A stretch of DNA of 64,000 nucleotides from Chrysemys picta bellii (taxonomy: Eukaryota): the NCBI RefSeq assembly GCF_011386835.1, contig NC_088796.1:84320001-84384000 (forward strand), read 5' to 3'. Below the pieces are notes generated by a model, which was given only the letters and a program-made list of their open reading frames with translations, was not told where the DNA came from and did not search any database. Shown one piece after another: positions 23,272 to 35,597 of the stretch. The stretch's first letter is position 1. The number at the start of each line of letters is the position of its first letter. The position numbers were made by a program, and so were the translations under genes.

Positions 23272-23343
23272 GGGCATGATCCTGCTCCCTTGGAAGTCAA
23301 TGGGAATTATACCATTAACTTCAATGGGAACTAGAACAGGCCC
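23272..23343. repeat. Short palindromic MITE-like element
   Basis: GGGCATGATCCTGCTCCC-TTGGAAGTCAATGG...CCATTAACTTCAA-TGGGAACTAGAACAGGCCC folds as a decayed hairpin. Relatives at ~23730-23850 and ~24675-24735. Confidence 0.6.
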
Positions 23344-25174
23344 CAGACTTGGGGAATGCAACAGGAATGTCCAAGTTATATTAACAGCTTGCCTCCATAA
23401 CATCTGATCTTAAATCCCATCTAAGATAGCAGTTTAAAGCCAAATCATCCCTCTGCTTGAACACAGAAGAAATGAAATGCAAGCAAATACTGGTCAAAAT
23501 TGACTCAAAATTTCCTAAGCACAATGCACTTAAGTGGTATCATTCCCCTACCCTTACATTTGTAAAACTACTGTTCCTATAAGCTACACACACAAATTAA
23601 AGAACTAAGAAGTAGTACATAATGAAAGCATATTATATTTTACTCATAGTGCTTGTGCTTTCTAAAAATACCCTGCATTCCCTCCTCCACCCTCTTTTTT
23701 GGCATCTCTTGCTGTGTCCTATGTAATAAAGGGCCTGATCCTGCAAACACTTTCAGTTCTTGCCTCTGCAAATAGCCCCTCTGAAGTCAAGAGGACAGCT
23801 CACAGTAGTAAGCACTATGGTAGGTAAGCAAAGGTTTACATGATTAGGCCATAGATTGTACGCTTCTCAGAACAGGGATGCATCTTTTTAATTTGCTTGC
23901 CAAGCAGCATGCAGTATATAGGAACACAGGATTGGGTAGTACAAATGAGTGGGATGGGCATAAAGCCATCCCAAAATGAGTGCCAATAAAATGTTTATCC
24001 CATGCCTCATTATGATGTATTTTGTACATCACAAGTATTAAAAAAAGATATTTTAGGATTATTTGAGAGAGAGAGAGAGAATTAAAAGAATTTTGGGGAT
24101 TTTTTCTGTACCACTCCACCTTTAAACTCAGGTGTTAGTTACCATGAGTTCAACTATACAGATCTCTCTGGAAACCATAAAAATCTCTGAAGAGAACTGA
24201 AAATAACTTTCCTACATCTAGAAATGTCACAACTCTCAAGGTTGTAATCTCATGGCCCTGTAAGGTTAGGAGCAAGAACTGGAACTCTGTCCATCCCAAT
24301 GGCATAAAAGCTCCTGATTAGAGCTCTTAGATAGCAAACTCTGAAGTTGTGTCCTATTTATATAATTGGTTTAGGACTTTCTGGGCCCAAGCAGGTGTTG
24401 ATTTTGGCAGGAAATTCACATTTGGAGGAAGAAGCACCTCTTTGGTAGGCTGATTTATAAGATGATAAAAGACAGCTGTCTGAAGCTGTTCAGAGGGTTC
24501 AGAATGTTAGAGTATGTGCCAAGAAAGAGAGCAGTTTAAGGTGAAAGCTCATTACCTCCTCTGGTAGGAGACCAAGCCACGTAAATGCGGGCCCGTGCAA
24601 TATGGGTACAGCAAACTACCAACACTGATCCACACTCTGAGAAACCTTAGTATTATGTTTCAATTCTTCACTTCAGACCTAATCCATTGAAGTTGATGGG
24701 AGTCTATTGACTTCAACAGACACTAGATCAAGCCCTTGGAGAGGTGTGAGAAATTGGAAAAGCAAACTTTCCTGTAGCAACTTTGATTTGACAGTCAATG
24801 GGAACACCCTAACACACCAGCACAATATCAAAATGAACGACTAGCAGCCACCTTGAACAGACATTTATCAAACAAAACAAATACTTAGAGAGCTGATTAT
24901 AGCAGAGGTTCTCAATCAGGGCTGGCTGGGGGTTGTCAGTTACCATTGGTGTAAGGGATCACAATCACATTGCCCTTCTATATTGCTAAATTGAAGGAGA
25001 GCCCTGCTCAGATCCCAGCTAGATGGGAGAATGGTTCTGGTATGGAAGAGGCAATCCCAGTATGGAAAAAGTTGAGACTCAATGAATTACAAAATACATA
25101 ATGATATATGATCAAAAACAAGACAGACAGGTCAATTAATCAAATAATAATAATAACAACAATAACGGTAACAC

Positions 25175-25385
25175 CACCATCTAGCTCTTATATAGCACTT
25201 TTCTTCTGCAAATACCAAAGCATTTGACAAAGGTCAGTATCATTATTCCTATTTTACAGATGGGGAAAATTGAACCACAGAGAAGAAAAGTGATTTGCCC
25301 AAGGTTATACATTAGGACAGTGGCAGAGCTGGGAATAGAAGGCAGGTCTCCTGAGTGCCATCCCAGCAGTCAGCCCACTGGTTCA
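25175..25385 (-). mobile_element. MIR-like CORE-SINE
   Basis: ATTATTCCTATTTTACAGATGGGGAAAATTGA...AGTGATTTGCCCAAGG...GGCAGAGCTGGGAATAGAA...AGGTCTCCTGAGT matches the antisense MIR core. Confidence 0.75.
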
Positions 25386-28300
25386 CAATGCTCTGAAGAG
25401 AAATCATAATACAGACCAGAAAGACAAGGGAGACAGAAAATATAAAATTTCACCACAATGCAAAATAATATTTTAAATAAATAACATCTCTCTCATACAA
25501 AATTCACAACCCTATTTGTACATGCCACATCTGACATACTATTTCCCAGTCAGGGAAGAGGGGGAAGCCAGACGCACATGCAGTATATGAGATATACGAA
25601 AACAGAATGCAATTCTCTAGTGAATTTTACTGGAATCACTTTCTTGTCTAATGAGTACAAAGACATAGTGCCCTCTGAACATGAAACAATAAACAACATA
25701 TTAGCCCAATGTTCCTAGATAACAAATTAACTAGTGCAAAAGTTTTGTAAATTATGTCCCTTTCAGCCTTTTTCAAACTGTGTGAGAGTAACATACTGTA
25801 TCCATAAAAGGCTAACAGCAAGTTAACTGGGTGTAAATTCCCTTTCCCTGGAAAACATAGATCTTTGGCCACATCCCGTAGTTCTTACTCAGAGAAAAAA
25901 AATTAATGTCAAGTAAGGAATGAGTATGGACTATAGGATTTGGCCCTTTACCAAAGTACTACAGGATGGTAGGGCTGTTCAATGCATGTAAATCACATTC
26001 ATTCCTTTTGAATAACAGATTTTCTGCAACTGTGATAGCACTACGGTATTTACTTTGCACCATCTCTTACATACTAACTTTACCCCAAAACATTGTATGG
26101 AATTAAAAAAAAAAACAATAAAAGAGGAAAAGAGATGTAAGGAAAGGGAGAAAAGAATGTGATTATAAAAATTTACAAGCCATGTGGATTTGAAATGTTG
26201 GAAGGAACAATTTTTTTTTTTAATCAGAAAGTACACACAGAGGCTAAATAAACATGTAGTATACTTTTATAAAGCATAGCGAGACTCAGGACTGAATTTC
26301 CAGCACTACTAATTAGCGTTTGAAATTACAGCATTGACTTTCTGAGCCTCAAGATAGCCTTGGGAAATTAGCTGAGGTTAGCACTTTCTCCCTAGAGAAA
26401 ACCTGGGCTAGTAAGGGCGTTTCGATAACTATGTTCTGTGCTAATGTACATTAAGCTGCCGATTGCTGTTAGGTATGCTAGACTTCAGAAGTCAAGAATG
26501 CTGATGCAATGAGCAAGTATGATTAGGGAGCAACTCTAAATGATTTAATACTGCCTTAGCATCATGGCAACAATGAACGACGAGTGTGCCTGCAGCAATG
26601 GAAAAACACTGGCATAAAATTCTGCACAAGTTCATTTGCCTTCACTCATTCTCTTTCCCCCTCCTCTCTTTGTCCTTATAGCAATTTGCTGTAATTTCTT
26701 TGTGATGTTATCATGTGATTGCTCCTATCTCTTCTCTGATTCAGACACAGGGTCCTGCACTACTAAAACTCTTTTTTCCCAGGGTTTTGGAAAAGGGTGT
26801 GATTTGATGGATACCTACTATTTGGTGGGGTGGGGTGGGGTGGGGGGCATAGGTGTTCTGATGAGGAAAGTTCTAGGTGTTTTAGAGATGGAGTTTTCCC
26901 TGGGGTTTGCTGCTGTTTTTGGTTGCATTGTTCCTTTAAATAATGCCCAGAGTGATAGATGGACTCCTTTTTTAAGGTTGTTTATATAGTTTTATTTATA
27001 GCAAATGAGAATTTTGCCTGAAAAAGGATATCAGGATTGGCGTAGGTGAGACCTTACTGTAAATTAGTCCTTTCCTCTGTATTGTAGGACTGAATTTCAT
27101 TTTTTCCTAATGGCTCACATTCTATATAGATGAATTTAATCATTCTAATTAGATTAATTTATATTATGCAGAACATGACTATTTTGCTGCATAATCCAGA
27201 GCTCATAATTAATATGTTTCCTTTCAATTTTAAAAGCTCTTTGTTTTATAAAAAATATTTAAATTATGGCTCTCCTTTCTCTGTTTCTAAAACAGGTAAT
27301 TTATCTGTTGAATTTTCACTGTGTCTCATATTTCTTAAATATATAGACTTCAGTCAATCTCCCAGTTTTGCCTAACATTTCATTGTGCATCGTTTCTGCA
27401 TTTGCTGAACAATTAGGTTGGGTCAGACAACTCAGTCCTCTCAGTAGGCCCTCTCAAATTAAACACTATGGGGAACATGGAGAAGAAAATACCTTGATAA
27501 CCCGCTGGAGGGTAGTCCTCCCATTTGAAGGCTGATGTGCTAGGATCGAACTATGTAGAGAAGTCTGTTTTGCTCCCTCCCCATTAAGAACATACTGGTA
27601 ATGTGTTCTGGTAACAGAAAAAGACGTTTTGGCTCAACAGGTCTTCTATTTCTACATTTTTTTTTTTGTCTTTAAAAAAGAATTTTGGTGACGAGAGAGA
27701 GAGAGCGCGCAAAAACAAGTAGGTAATGATGTAATTTGCTAACTTCAGCGGATGAGGTGATTATATTGTAGAACAAAAATGTGCACAGTGAAGATATACT
27801 CTAATTATAGTTAACATGACTCTGGAATAGTCAAGACTGATCAATGTCAAAATGTTTTCATCCTCACTATTAAATAAAAGGCTCACTTAACTGCAGTTCA
27901 GTATCTTTACCTTCGTTAGATGTGTTTGTTAGAGAAAATTTTCAATTTTAGGCAAGATGAGAATGAGTCACATCTTTCCAAATATTTACTTAAGAAATGA
28001 CCAGAACCCTTCAGGTCTTCAAAGGGGAAAAAAAGGGATGATTTACATTTAAGAATTTTCTTTAAAGAAAGGTTTTCCTTAAGAACAGTTCTTGTGTGTA
28101 CATATATATAATTTATTACGATCCCTGGATGTTGAGAGTTTAGATTTCCCAATGATTAAATAATGCAGAAATGTGCTATTTCTCCACTGAGAGGCTAAAT
28201 TTATAGAGCAAAGGCCATTTACTCAATTATTTGACAAAACTAATCCTGTTGAGAGAACACATTTCATGCAAAACAATCTTCACAGATTCTAGGATTGTGA

Positions 28301-30177
28301 TTAAGCTCTGGCTTCAAAAGAATATCAGATGAAGGACTAACGCTATATCAAACAAATATTATCTCAAGTATGAAATAGTAAAATAAGATTGTCACCAGAT
28401 TTACTGAATTATTAAATCTTGTTAAATGGATTCTGCACATCATTTGTTGTTTTGATGGACAATTAATAATAAACTTTCTAAAGGAATCATGCATTGTACC
28501 CCAGGGCAATACGTTCAAAGCATCTCTGCTATTTCATATGTGTATCCTGGGGGATGGGAGCAGGAGAACAGGGTGCAGTAAAAAACTGAGGCCAGTTCAG
28601 GATGCTATATTCAGTATTTTAGAAAGTCAAAGATGGTGTGTATTTTATAAGACCTCCATCAGTACATTATTGATACACGTACATCTCTACCCATCTAGGT
28701 TTGTATACTGCCCCCATCACTGTAGAAATCTGAGCACCATCCCTCTGGGAGATAGAATGTAGCACAGTGGTGAATTCTACCATGTAGCTTAGAAGTTCAC
28801 CACTCTACTTACGAGTGACCATTTCAATAGGACCTACATAAAACAGTATCCACGATGGGTTTCCTTTGTTGTTCACCTTTCAAGTTAGATTAACTTTATA
28901 AACAATAAAAAGGTGAAGCTGTAACCTTTCCTTCTCTAAATAAGAATACCATTAACAATGCTTTATATGGAATGGTATTGCTTTAAGACAACGGAGTACT
29001 CGTATTAGGCAGAGTGGTTTGGGATGCTGTGCACGTCACACACACAGGAGGCAGAACAGAGACCAATCAGAGAGACAGGAGCAAACCAGCAGTAAGCCTA
29101 AATCCTCCTGCAGGATCATGGAAAAGAAGAGTGTGGCTGTTGCAGGAAGATTTGGGAATGGGGTGAGCACTACCTCTGTTTTTATTGCACCCTTCATCAT
29201 CATTTGGTTGACTTTATTCACAGAAAAACTGTCGTTGCCTGAACACTGATCTCTTGCAAAAATCTACCTTTTTTTGTTCTTGAGCGTGATAGTTCTTCAA
29301 GTGAACTTAGATGGGTTGGTAAGCCTGATGTTAAGATTGCCCCTGTAGCTACAGCATGTAAATGTAATGTGTTTGGGTTTTGGCAAAAAAATAAATAAAT
29401 AAAAATGCAATAACTTTCTAGACATCTTTAGCAAGGCTTCAAAGTCTAGCTGCTTGGGATGAGTTTATACTAATAAAAATGCAACAAAATATTTAAAGTC
29501 CTATTTTCGCAGAGCCCCAAGGAGAGAGAGGTGTGCTGCTTGAGTGGGTGCCAAGCCTCCAAGTACCATTTGTAAGTACTTCACTTTTTAATTTGTATTT
29601 TTTGGGTAATTTTCATGCCTGGTTATTTATGGAGACAGAAAAAGTACTGATGAATACAAGATAAAGATAAAACAAACACACTCAAGTGTAACAGGTATTG
29701 ACTGATTGCTTAAAATAAAGGGGTTAGTGGAGAAAGAGACCAAGCTGTCTCTGCAATACTGTCTTCTGCAAAGCTCACATGTTTCGGGCTGGAAAAACAA
29801 GCAGGAGTTGGTGCTACTTGAAGCATCCACTGCTGTACTGTGCAGAAGCATGTGTTTTTGCAGGGAGGGGGTCTCTGTCACTGGCTATGCTCCGGGGGGT
29901 GTGGGGGGGTGCGCAGAGAAGAAGCCAGTGCTGTAATATGGAGGGAAAGAAAGCCTTTTCAGAGTAAACTAGGTTCCCTTCCCAGCGGATGCACAGGGTC
30001 AAGAGGCTGCACCCTTTGCCTCTTCTGTAAGCTGTCAGACCGTTCCACTTGAGGGGTGACTTAAGGTAATTTCCTGGGAGAAAATGTTTTGGACCTTTGT
30101 GTTGTAACTTGCAATATCTTAAACGGGTCAGGAAGACGGTGTGATCCCAGCTCAAAAATAGTACATTTAAGTGTGAC

Positions 30178-30404
30178 CAGGGCCGGCTCCAGGGTTTTGG
30201 CCTCCCCAAGCAGCCAAACGAACAAAACAAAACAAAAAGCCGCGATCGCAATCTGCGGCGGCAATTGGACAGGAGGTCCTTCGCTCCGAGCAGGAGTGAG
30301 GGGTCGTCCGCCAAATTGCCACCGAACAGCTGGACGTGCCGCCCCTCTCCGAAGTGGCCGCCCCAAGCACCTGCTTGGTAAGCTGGTGCCTGGAGCTGGC
30401 CCTC
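30178..30404. mobile_element. hAT MITE (227 bp)
   Basis: TIR CAGGGCCGGCTCCAGG / CCTGGAGCTGGCCCTC. Perfect 8-bp TSD AGTGTGAC at 30170-30177 and 30405-30412. Confidence 0.9.
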
Positions 30405-30489
30405 AGTGTGACTAATTTTTCCCTGGTTATTTTTCTCCTTTAGTTTTAATTATGCTGGCTGCAGGCTAGCAAGCTTACTCTCCCATCAG

Positions 30490-30884
30490 TTTTCAGAGTA
30501 GCAGCCGTGTTAGTCTGTATCCGCAAAAAGAACAGGAGTACTTGTGGCACCTTAGAGACTAACAAATTTATTAGAGCATAAGCTTTCGTGGACTACAGCC
30601 CACTTCTTCGGATGCATATAGAGTGGAATAAATATTGAGGAGATATATATACACACATACAGAGAGCATGAACAGGTGGGAGGTGTCTTACCAACTCTGA
30701 GAGGCCAATTAAGTAAGAGAAAAAAAAACTTTTGAAGTGATAATCAAGATAGCCCAGTACAGACAGTTTGATAAGAAGTGTGAGAATACTTATAAGAGGA
30801 GATAGATTCAATGTTTGTAATGGCTCAGCCATTCCCAGTCCTTATTCAATCCTGAGTTGATTCTGTCTAGTTTGCATATCAATT
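30490..30884 (-). mobile_element. Young 5'-truncated Penelope-like retroelement (3' end)
   Basis: Minus strand encodes LICKLDRINSGLNKDWEWLSHYKH*, paralogous to the end of the 21872 ORF. It is followed by a pseudo-LTR similar to 21620-21775, with CpGs retained. Confidence 0.88.
30576..30615 (-). ncRNA. Minimal type I hammerhead ribozyme motif (Penelope pseudo-LTR)
   Basis: Minus RNA: GCAU-CCGAAGA-A-GUGGGC-UGUA-GUCCAC-GAA-AGCU-U-AUGC. Stem I GCAU/AUGC, core variant CCGANGA, 6-bp stem II, GAAA, palindromic stem III AGCU, CUU cleavage triplet. Confidence 0.7.
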
Positions 30885-31333
30885 GTCACAGCTATAAATT
30901 TAATGTAAGATTTGCTTTTAGAGAAAACAGTAGATATGGTTACTTCTTACCAGTTCCAGATTTCAGAAATAACTAATTGTTTGATTCGAACACGCACCAC
31001 AGTAATTTAGGACTAGATATTTTAATTATGGAATAATCTCTACAAAGATCAGTCAACATTCCCATTACATCCCATGTTAAACAATGGATCCAAAACATAT
31101 CACGTTTAAATAGTTAGAAAAAGTACATGTCAGCCATTTATAGCTGGGATATCTGTTAAAACACTTGCAATTTAAAATGACTAATCTTGTTTTACAGTTA
31201 AGACACAAGAAGGTCCCTTTGATTCCTCCTTCCTGTGGTTGGGGTTGACTTGACCATTAGGCCCTGTCTATAGTATAATTGCAAGAGTCAGGGAACCAGG
31301 TTACCACAGAGTGAATAGTAGCAGGGCGGGCAG

Positions 31334-33151
31334 TGTAGGAGCAGGATTTTATAATTGTACTATGAGAATTAATGTATGATTTGATTTCATCCTGCCAGTC
31401 ACCCTTTTTGAATAGCAGAAAGGAATGACAGACCAGAACAATCCTAATGACTGATTATGGTCTCCCTTTTGTTTTAGGATAAGTTATAATGTCTATTATG
31501 GTTTCCTATATGTATTACAAATTAGGCACTCTAGTTAGATATACATTTCTTTATTTTAAGGTTTCGAAAGTAAGAGACAGGATCTTGTATTGTGTCTATG
31601 TTAAGGAGATTAGAGGAACGTTAAAGGCCTGGGCCCCAATGTAAATTGTTTTGATTATAAGATTTAGGAAGGCTTAATTTACAATGCCTTTTCTTGCTCA
31701 ACATAAAAACTGCTGTATACCTTTAACTGTAAAAGACTGTTTGTGTGAATGAGGAATGTATGCATCAGGAAAAGATAAGGTGTGAAGGCCATTGTTATAG
31801 CCAGATGGTCAAGGAAGAAGGAGTGAAGAGACTTAAAGGACATCAGAGAATCATCAACATGCATCCATAACGAAGGGCAGATTGACGACCCTGAGGTGAA
31901 GGCTGGCACCCCTAAGGACAACTGATTAAATCGAAACAAAGGACAGGATGACTCTCTCGGAGGTGTATTGGAATGTTTACATCAAAAGATACACAATTAA
32001 GAAGTAACCCGGTCACAAACTGACACAGCAAAATCCACAGACTTCAGCAGAGAAAAAAAGACTGTAAGAACAGGGTGCTCTGCCATGGGGCTTTGGGTTC
32101 ATCTTGCTACACTCCAGGAGCATCGGATCACGACCAACAGAGCCCTGCTCCCCTCTGCGACCAATCTGGCTGGCCACTAGATTGATCCAGACTCTGGACT
32201 GGTAACTATAGGGTTACCATATCTAACAAATAAAAAAAGAGGATCCTCCACGGGCCCTGACCCCGCCCATTCCCCACCCAGCCCCGCCCCAACTCCGCCC
32301 CTTCCCCGCCCTAACTCCGCCCCCTCCTCCCTCCCACTCCCAGCCACGTGGAAAGGGCTGCCCGAGCGCTACCGGCTTCACGGTTTGCCGGGCAGCCCCC
32401 AGACCCTGCGCCCCCGGCCGGCGCTTCCCCAGTGCAGCTGGGGCCCAGGAGGGCCCTGACTCTTCGGCTCTGTTTAAGAGTGGGCTGCCCGAGCGCTACC
32501 GGCTTCGGGCAGCCCCCATGCCTCCGGACCCTGCGCCCCCGGCCGGGCACTTCCCCTCCCGGGCTCTGGCGGCGCAGGGTCCGGAGGTATGGGGGCTGCC
32601 CAAAGCCCGTAGCGCTCGGCTCTTAAACAGAGCCGAAGAGTCGGAGAGGAGCAGAGCCGCCGCGGCTGGAGGCTCTGCTCCTCCCCGGACTCTTCGGCTC
32701 TGTTTAAGAGCCGAGCTGCCCCAGTGCTACCGGCTTCGGGCAGCCCCCATGCCTCCGACCCCGCGCCGCCGGAGCCCAGGAGGGGAAGTGCCCGGCCGGC
32801 GGCTGGGGTCCGGAGGCAAGGGGGCTGCCTGAAGCCCATAGTGCTCGGGCAGCTCGGCTCTTAAACAGAGCCGAAGAGTCAGGGGAGGAGCAGAGCCGCC
32901 ATTTTCCCGGACATGTTCGGCTTTTTGGCAATTCCCCCCGGACGGGGGTTTGAGTGCCGAAAAGCCGGACATGTCCGGGAAAAAGAGGACGTATGGTAAC
33001 CTTAGGTAACTATAAACATCAACTGGCGAGACTGTGTGTGTGTGCATGTGTGTATGTGATTAAAAATCATATGCTAACTGTTGTATTCTCAATAAATGCA
33101 GCGTTTTTGACTTCTCTATAAAAGATCCCGTGTGCTTTGTATAGCATAACA
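31334..33151 (+). mobile_element. Solo LTR (ERV-like), interrupted by a hAT insertion
   Basis: TG...CA termini (TGTAGG / CATAACA), 4-bp GCAG on both sides, AATAAA at 33091-33096, ~1.0 kb once the nested element is removed. The 5' boundary is less certain than the 3'. Confidence 0.65.
32209..33004. mobile_element. CpG-rich non-autonomous hAT element nested in the LTR
   Basis: TIR TAGGGTTACCAT / ATGGTAACCTTA. Perfect 8-bp TSD GGTAACTA at 32201-32208 and 33005-33012. Internal CTCTTCGGCTCTGTTTAAGAG units in both orientations. Confidence 0.9.
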
Positions 33152-35164
33152 GCAGGACCTTGCAGCAGCGCGGTAACTGGACTAATGCTTTCAATTATCC
33201 TAGTTGCAGGGGCAGTTAGATTCTGTCTATGTTTCAGTTCTTAATTGTGCTGTCATGGGGTCAGGCAGAGTCAGATGAGGTTCAAGGCACTAAAACATCC
33301 TATGGCATACAATCCTGGGCTCACATGATGACATCATAATCTCAGCTTTTTTTTTTTTTTTTTTTTTTAAATGAAAGGTTTTAGCCTGTATGGCTGTGAA
33401 AAATGCTTGAAAACAAACCCAGCATGACTGCTGCAGTGATATTTGCTTGAGCCTGCAGACACCATGAAATGGTTCTGAATAAAATGCCCCCTTCACCTTA
33501 GCGGTTAATTCTGAGACCTGCTGCTCTTGGGATCCTATGCCAAGATCACCCCAGCAGAGAAATCTGAAGGGGACCTCAGGGAGGCTGGGGTTGCAAATAC
33601 TGCGTAAAGGCTTTGTTGGGGTGGTGGTAGCAGGGCTAACTGCCAGTCTTCTGCTCAGGTGAGTGTGCATGAGTTCTCTCTCTGGGATAGACCCCAATTG
33701 TCAGAAGGCAGGGAGTGATGGGATGGGATAGGGTAAGCCTCATCCTGCCCAGATAAGCGAGTGGTGGTGACTTCCTATGCCCCCTGCCACTGTCACCCCA
33801 AGCAGGAAAGGAGCCCAAATTGCCCAAATACAGCCTGGGGATTAAGGGGACTCTTGTTCTCTGATCAGAAGCCTTGCCCATTACAATTGAGATGTGGATG
33901 GGGCCGTTAATGGGTTGTCCTCTTTCTGACATACCTGCTCCTTTATTCTCTCACTTGCCCCCAAGCTGGTAGTAACCGATCAGGCAGTTTAGAATTTTAG
34001 AGAACTCTGGCACTTCCATTCCGCTTCCTAGTCTCTGTCCTGCCACAGAAATCCCTGTTTAATTCCATTTGTATTCAAGGCTGTTTCCAGTCCAAAAGAC
34101 AAAACAAGAAGATAAATATTATATTGTTTATGGTACTTTTTCTAAATTTGACTTATTTTGTGTATTACATATTTGCCTGCTATTTAACCTAACAGGTTTA
34201 TGGGAAAACTTAGCAGAAATTTCAGTGACAGTGACGGCACACCCTTTACAGGATTTAAACTTAAACTCCTTTGCAATGTGGTGCAGACTCTCCACTCACA
34301 TCAGACAACAGAGATCTAGGAAATGCAAGGTGTTATGCTGGAAGGTATTAATGGCTGCCCTCAATCACAAACTAAGTTATAACTAAAGGGTGTACTCAGC
34401 TCCCTTCATTCAGGCTAAAAGAGCAATTAAATGCCACTTGGCATAATGATAGTTGAAATAGAAGCTACTGCCCAAGGCATTGACCAGCATGGCATCCCCG
34501 TGGAAATAGTGTTAATATAGTTAAGACTGAGAATTCAACTAGGCAAGTCAACAATACGTCTGTTCCATTACATTTCTCTCTGTATGTGATCACAATGCCA
34601 GGCAACATCTCATACCATTTGATAAAAAGTGATCATCAAACTTTTTATGATCAAGCTCCACTTTTATCAAAGTCAATGAACTTGCCCCATAACTGCCATG
34701 TTGTGTGCAGCTCCACGTGTGAAATGTTTCACCAGTGATAAAGACGCAGATGCCTGCCTCAGTGACAGATGTATATGGGAAGCCAAAGCCTATTCCTCAT
34801 ACCATGCAAAAAGGAAGGAGGGGAACAGGAGCAGCTAGGGGGTTGAAGCAGCTGAGCCAGGGAAACCTCGGAGATCAAGATGGAGAAGGAGGGAGGAACA
34901 GTCTCTTTAGGGATGGAGAGCATGGAATACCCTGGTGGGATTATTAGCGGAGGGAGAACACGGGACAGTTTTGGGGAGAGCCTGGAGTGATCATTTTAAC
35001 TGAGATCCTGGAGAAACCTCTCCCTTTTGCCCCTGCTTCCCACTTCTCTTAGCATGTTCCCCTTTGAGCCTATCCCCTTATTCTGTCCCCTTCACTTCCC
35101 AGCTGGCTGCTATCTCCAGCCGCTCCACTGTGACGGTACCAACAGAGACAAGAGGAAGGGTTCT

Positions 35165-35345
35165 TTAGTGGTTAGTACACTAACCTAGAACATGGGAGAC
35201 CAGGTTCAATTCCCCGCTCTGCTTCCTGGGTTCAATTCCAGGCTTCCTGTGTGACCTTAGGCAAGTCACTTAGTACTTCCCCTTAAAGGTTTTGTGAGCA
35301 TAAATACATTATAAATTGTGAGGCACGACAGTAATGGGGCCATAT
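35165..35345 (+). mobile_element. tRNA-derived SINE
   Basis: A-box-like TAGTGGTTAG and B-box GGTTCAATTCC (present twice), then the CORE-like TGTGTGACCTTAGGCAAGTCACTTA. Confidence 0.7.
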
Positions 35346-35597
35346 AAGTACTGAAGATAGACAAAAGAGTTTAAGTACTGACACCAGACCAGCCCTCATT
35401 AATTTAAACTGAATTAACAAGATTGCATGCCTCATAGTAGCTTTCAGAATATGTCCCAGGGCTTCTTCTCAACAGAAATATACAGGGACTTGGCATTTTA
35501 GCTTGGTCCCAAGTTTTACAGTAAACAGCATGGCTACTTTTAAACTCTCTTACAATCCTTTTTTGTCTTTCCACTCACTGTAGCATGAGCAGACATT

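Noticed and set aside
26393-26435. GAAAC-containing stretch considered as another hammerhead
   Set aside because: No CUGANGA core or stem II at the required spacing.
32455-32885. Regularly recurring ~21-nt motif that superficially resembles a CRISPR array
   Set aside because: Units alternate in orientation, spacers are related to each other, the context is a eukaryotic transposon, and there are no cas genes.
32311-33047. Overlapping ORFs with repeated peptides
   Set aside because: Translations of the internal repeat units of the nested hAT.
33699-33931. 233-bp segment bounded by TGTCAGAA/TTCTGACA
   Set aside because: 8-bp inverted ends but no TSD and no second copy in the window; cannot be distinguished from chance.
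35165-35235. Possible tRNA gene (A and B boxes)
   Set aside because: No cloverleaf, and it continues into a CORE-SINE body.
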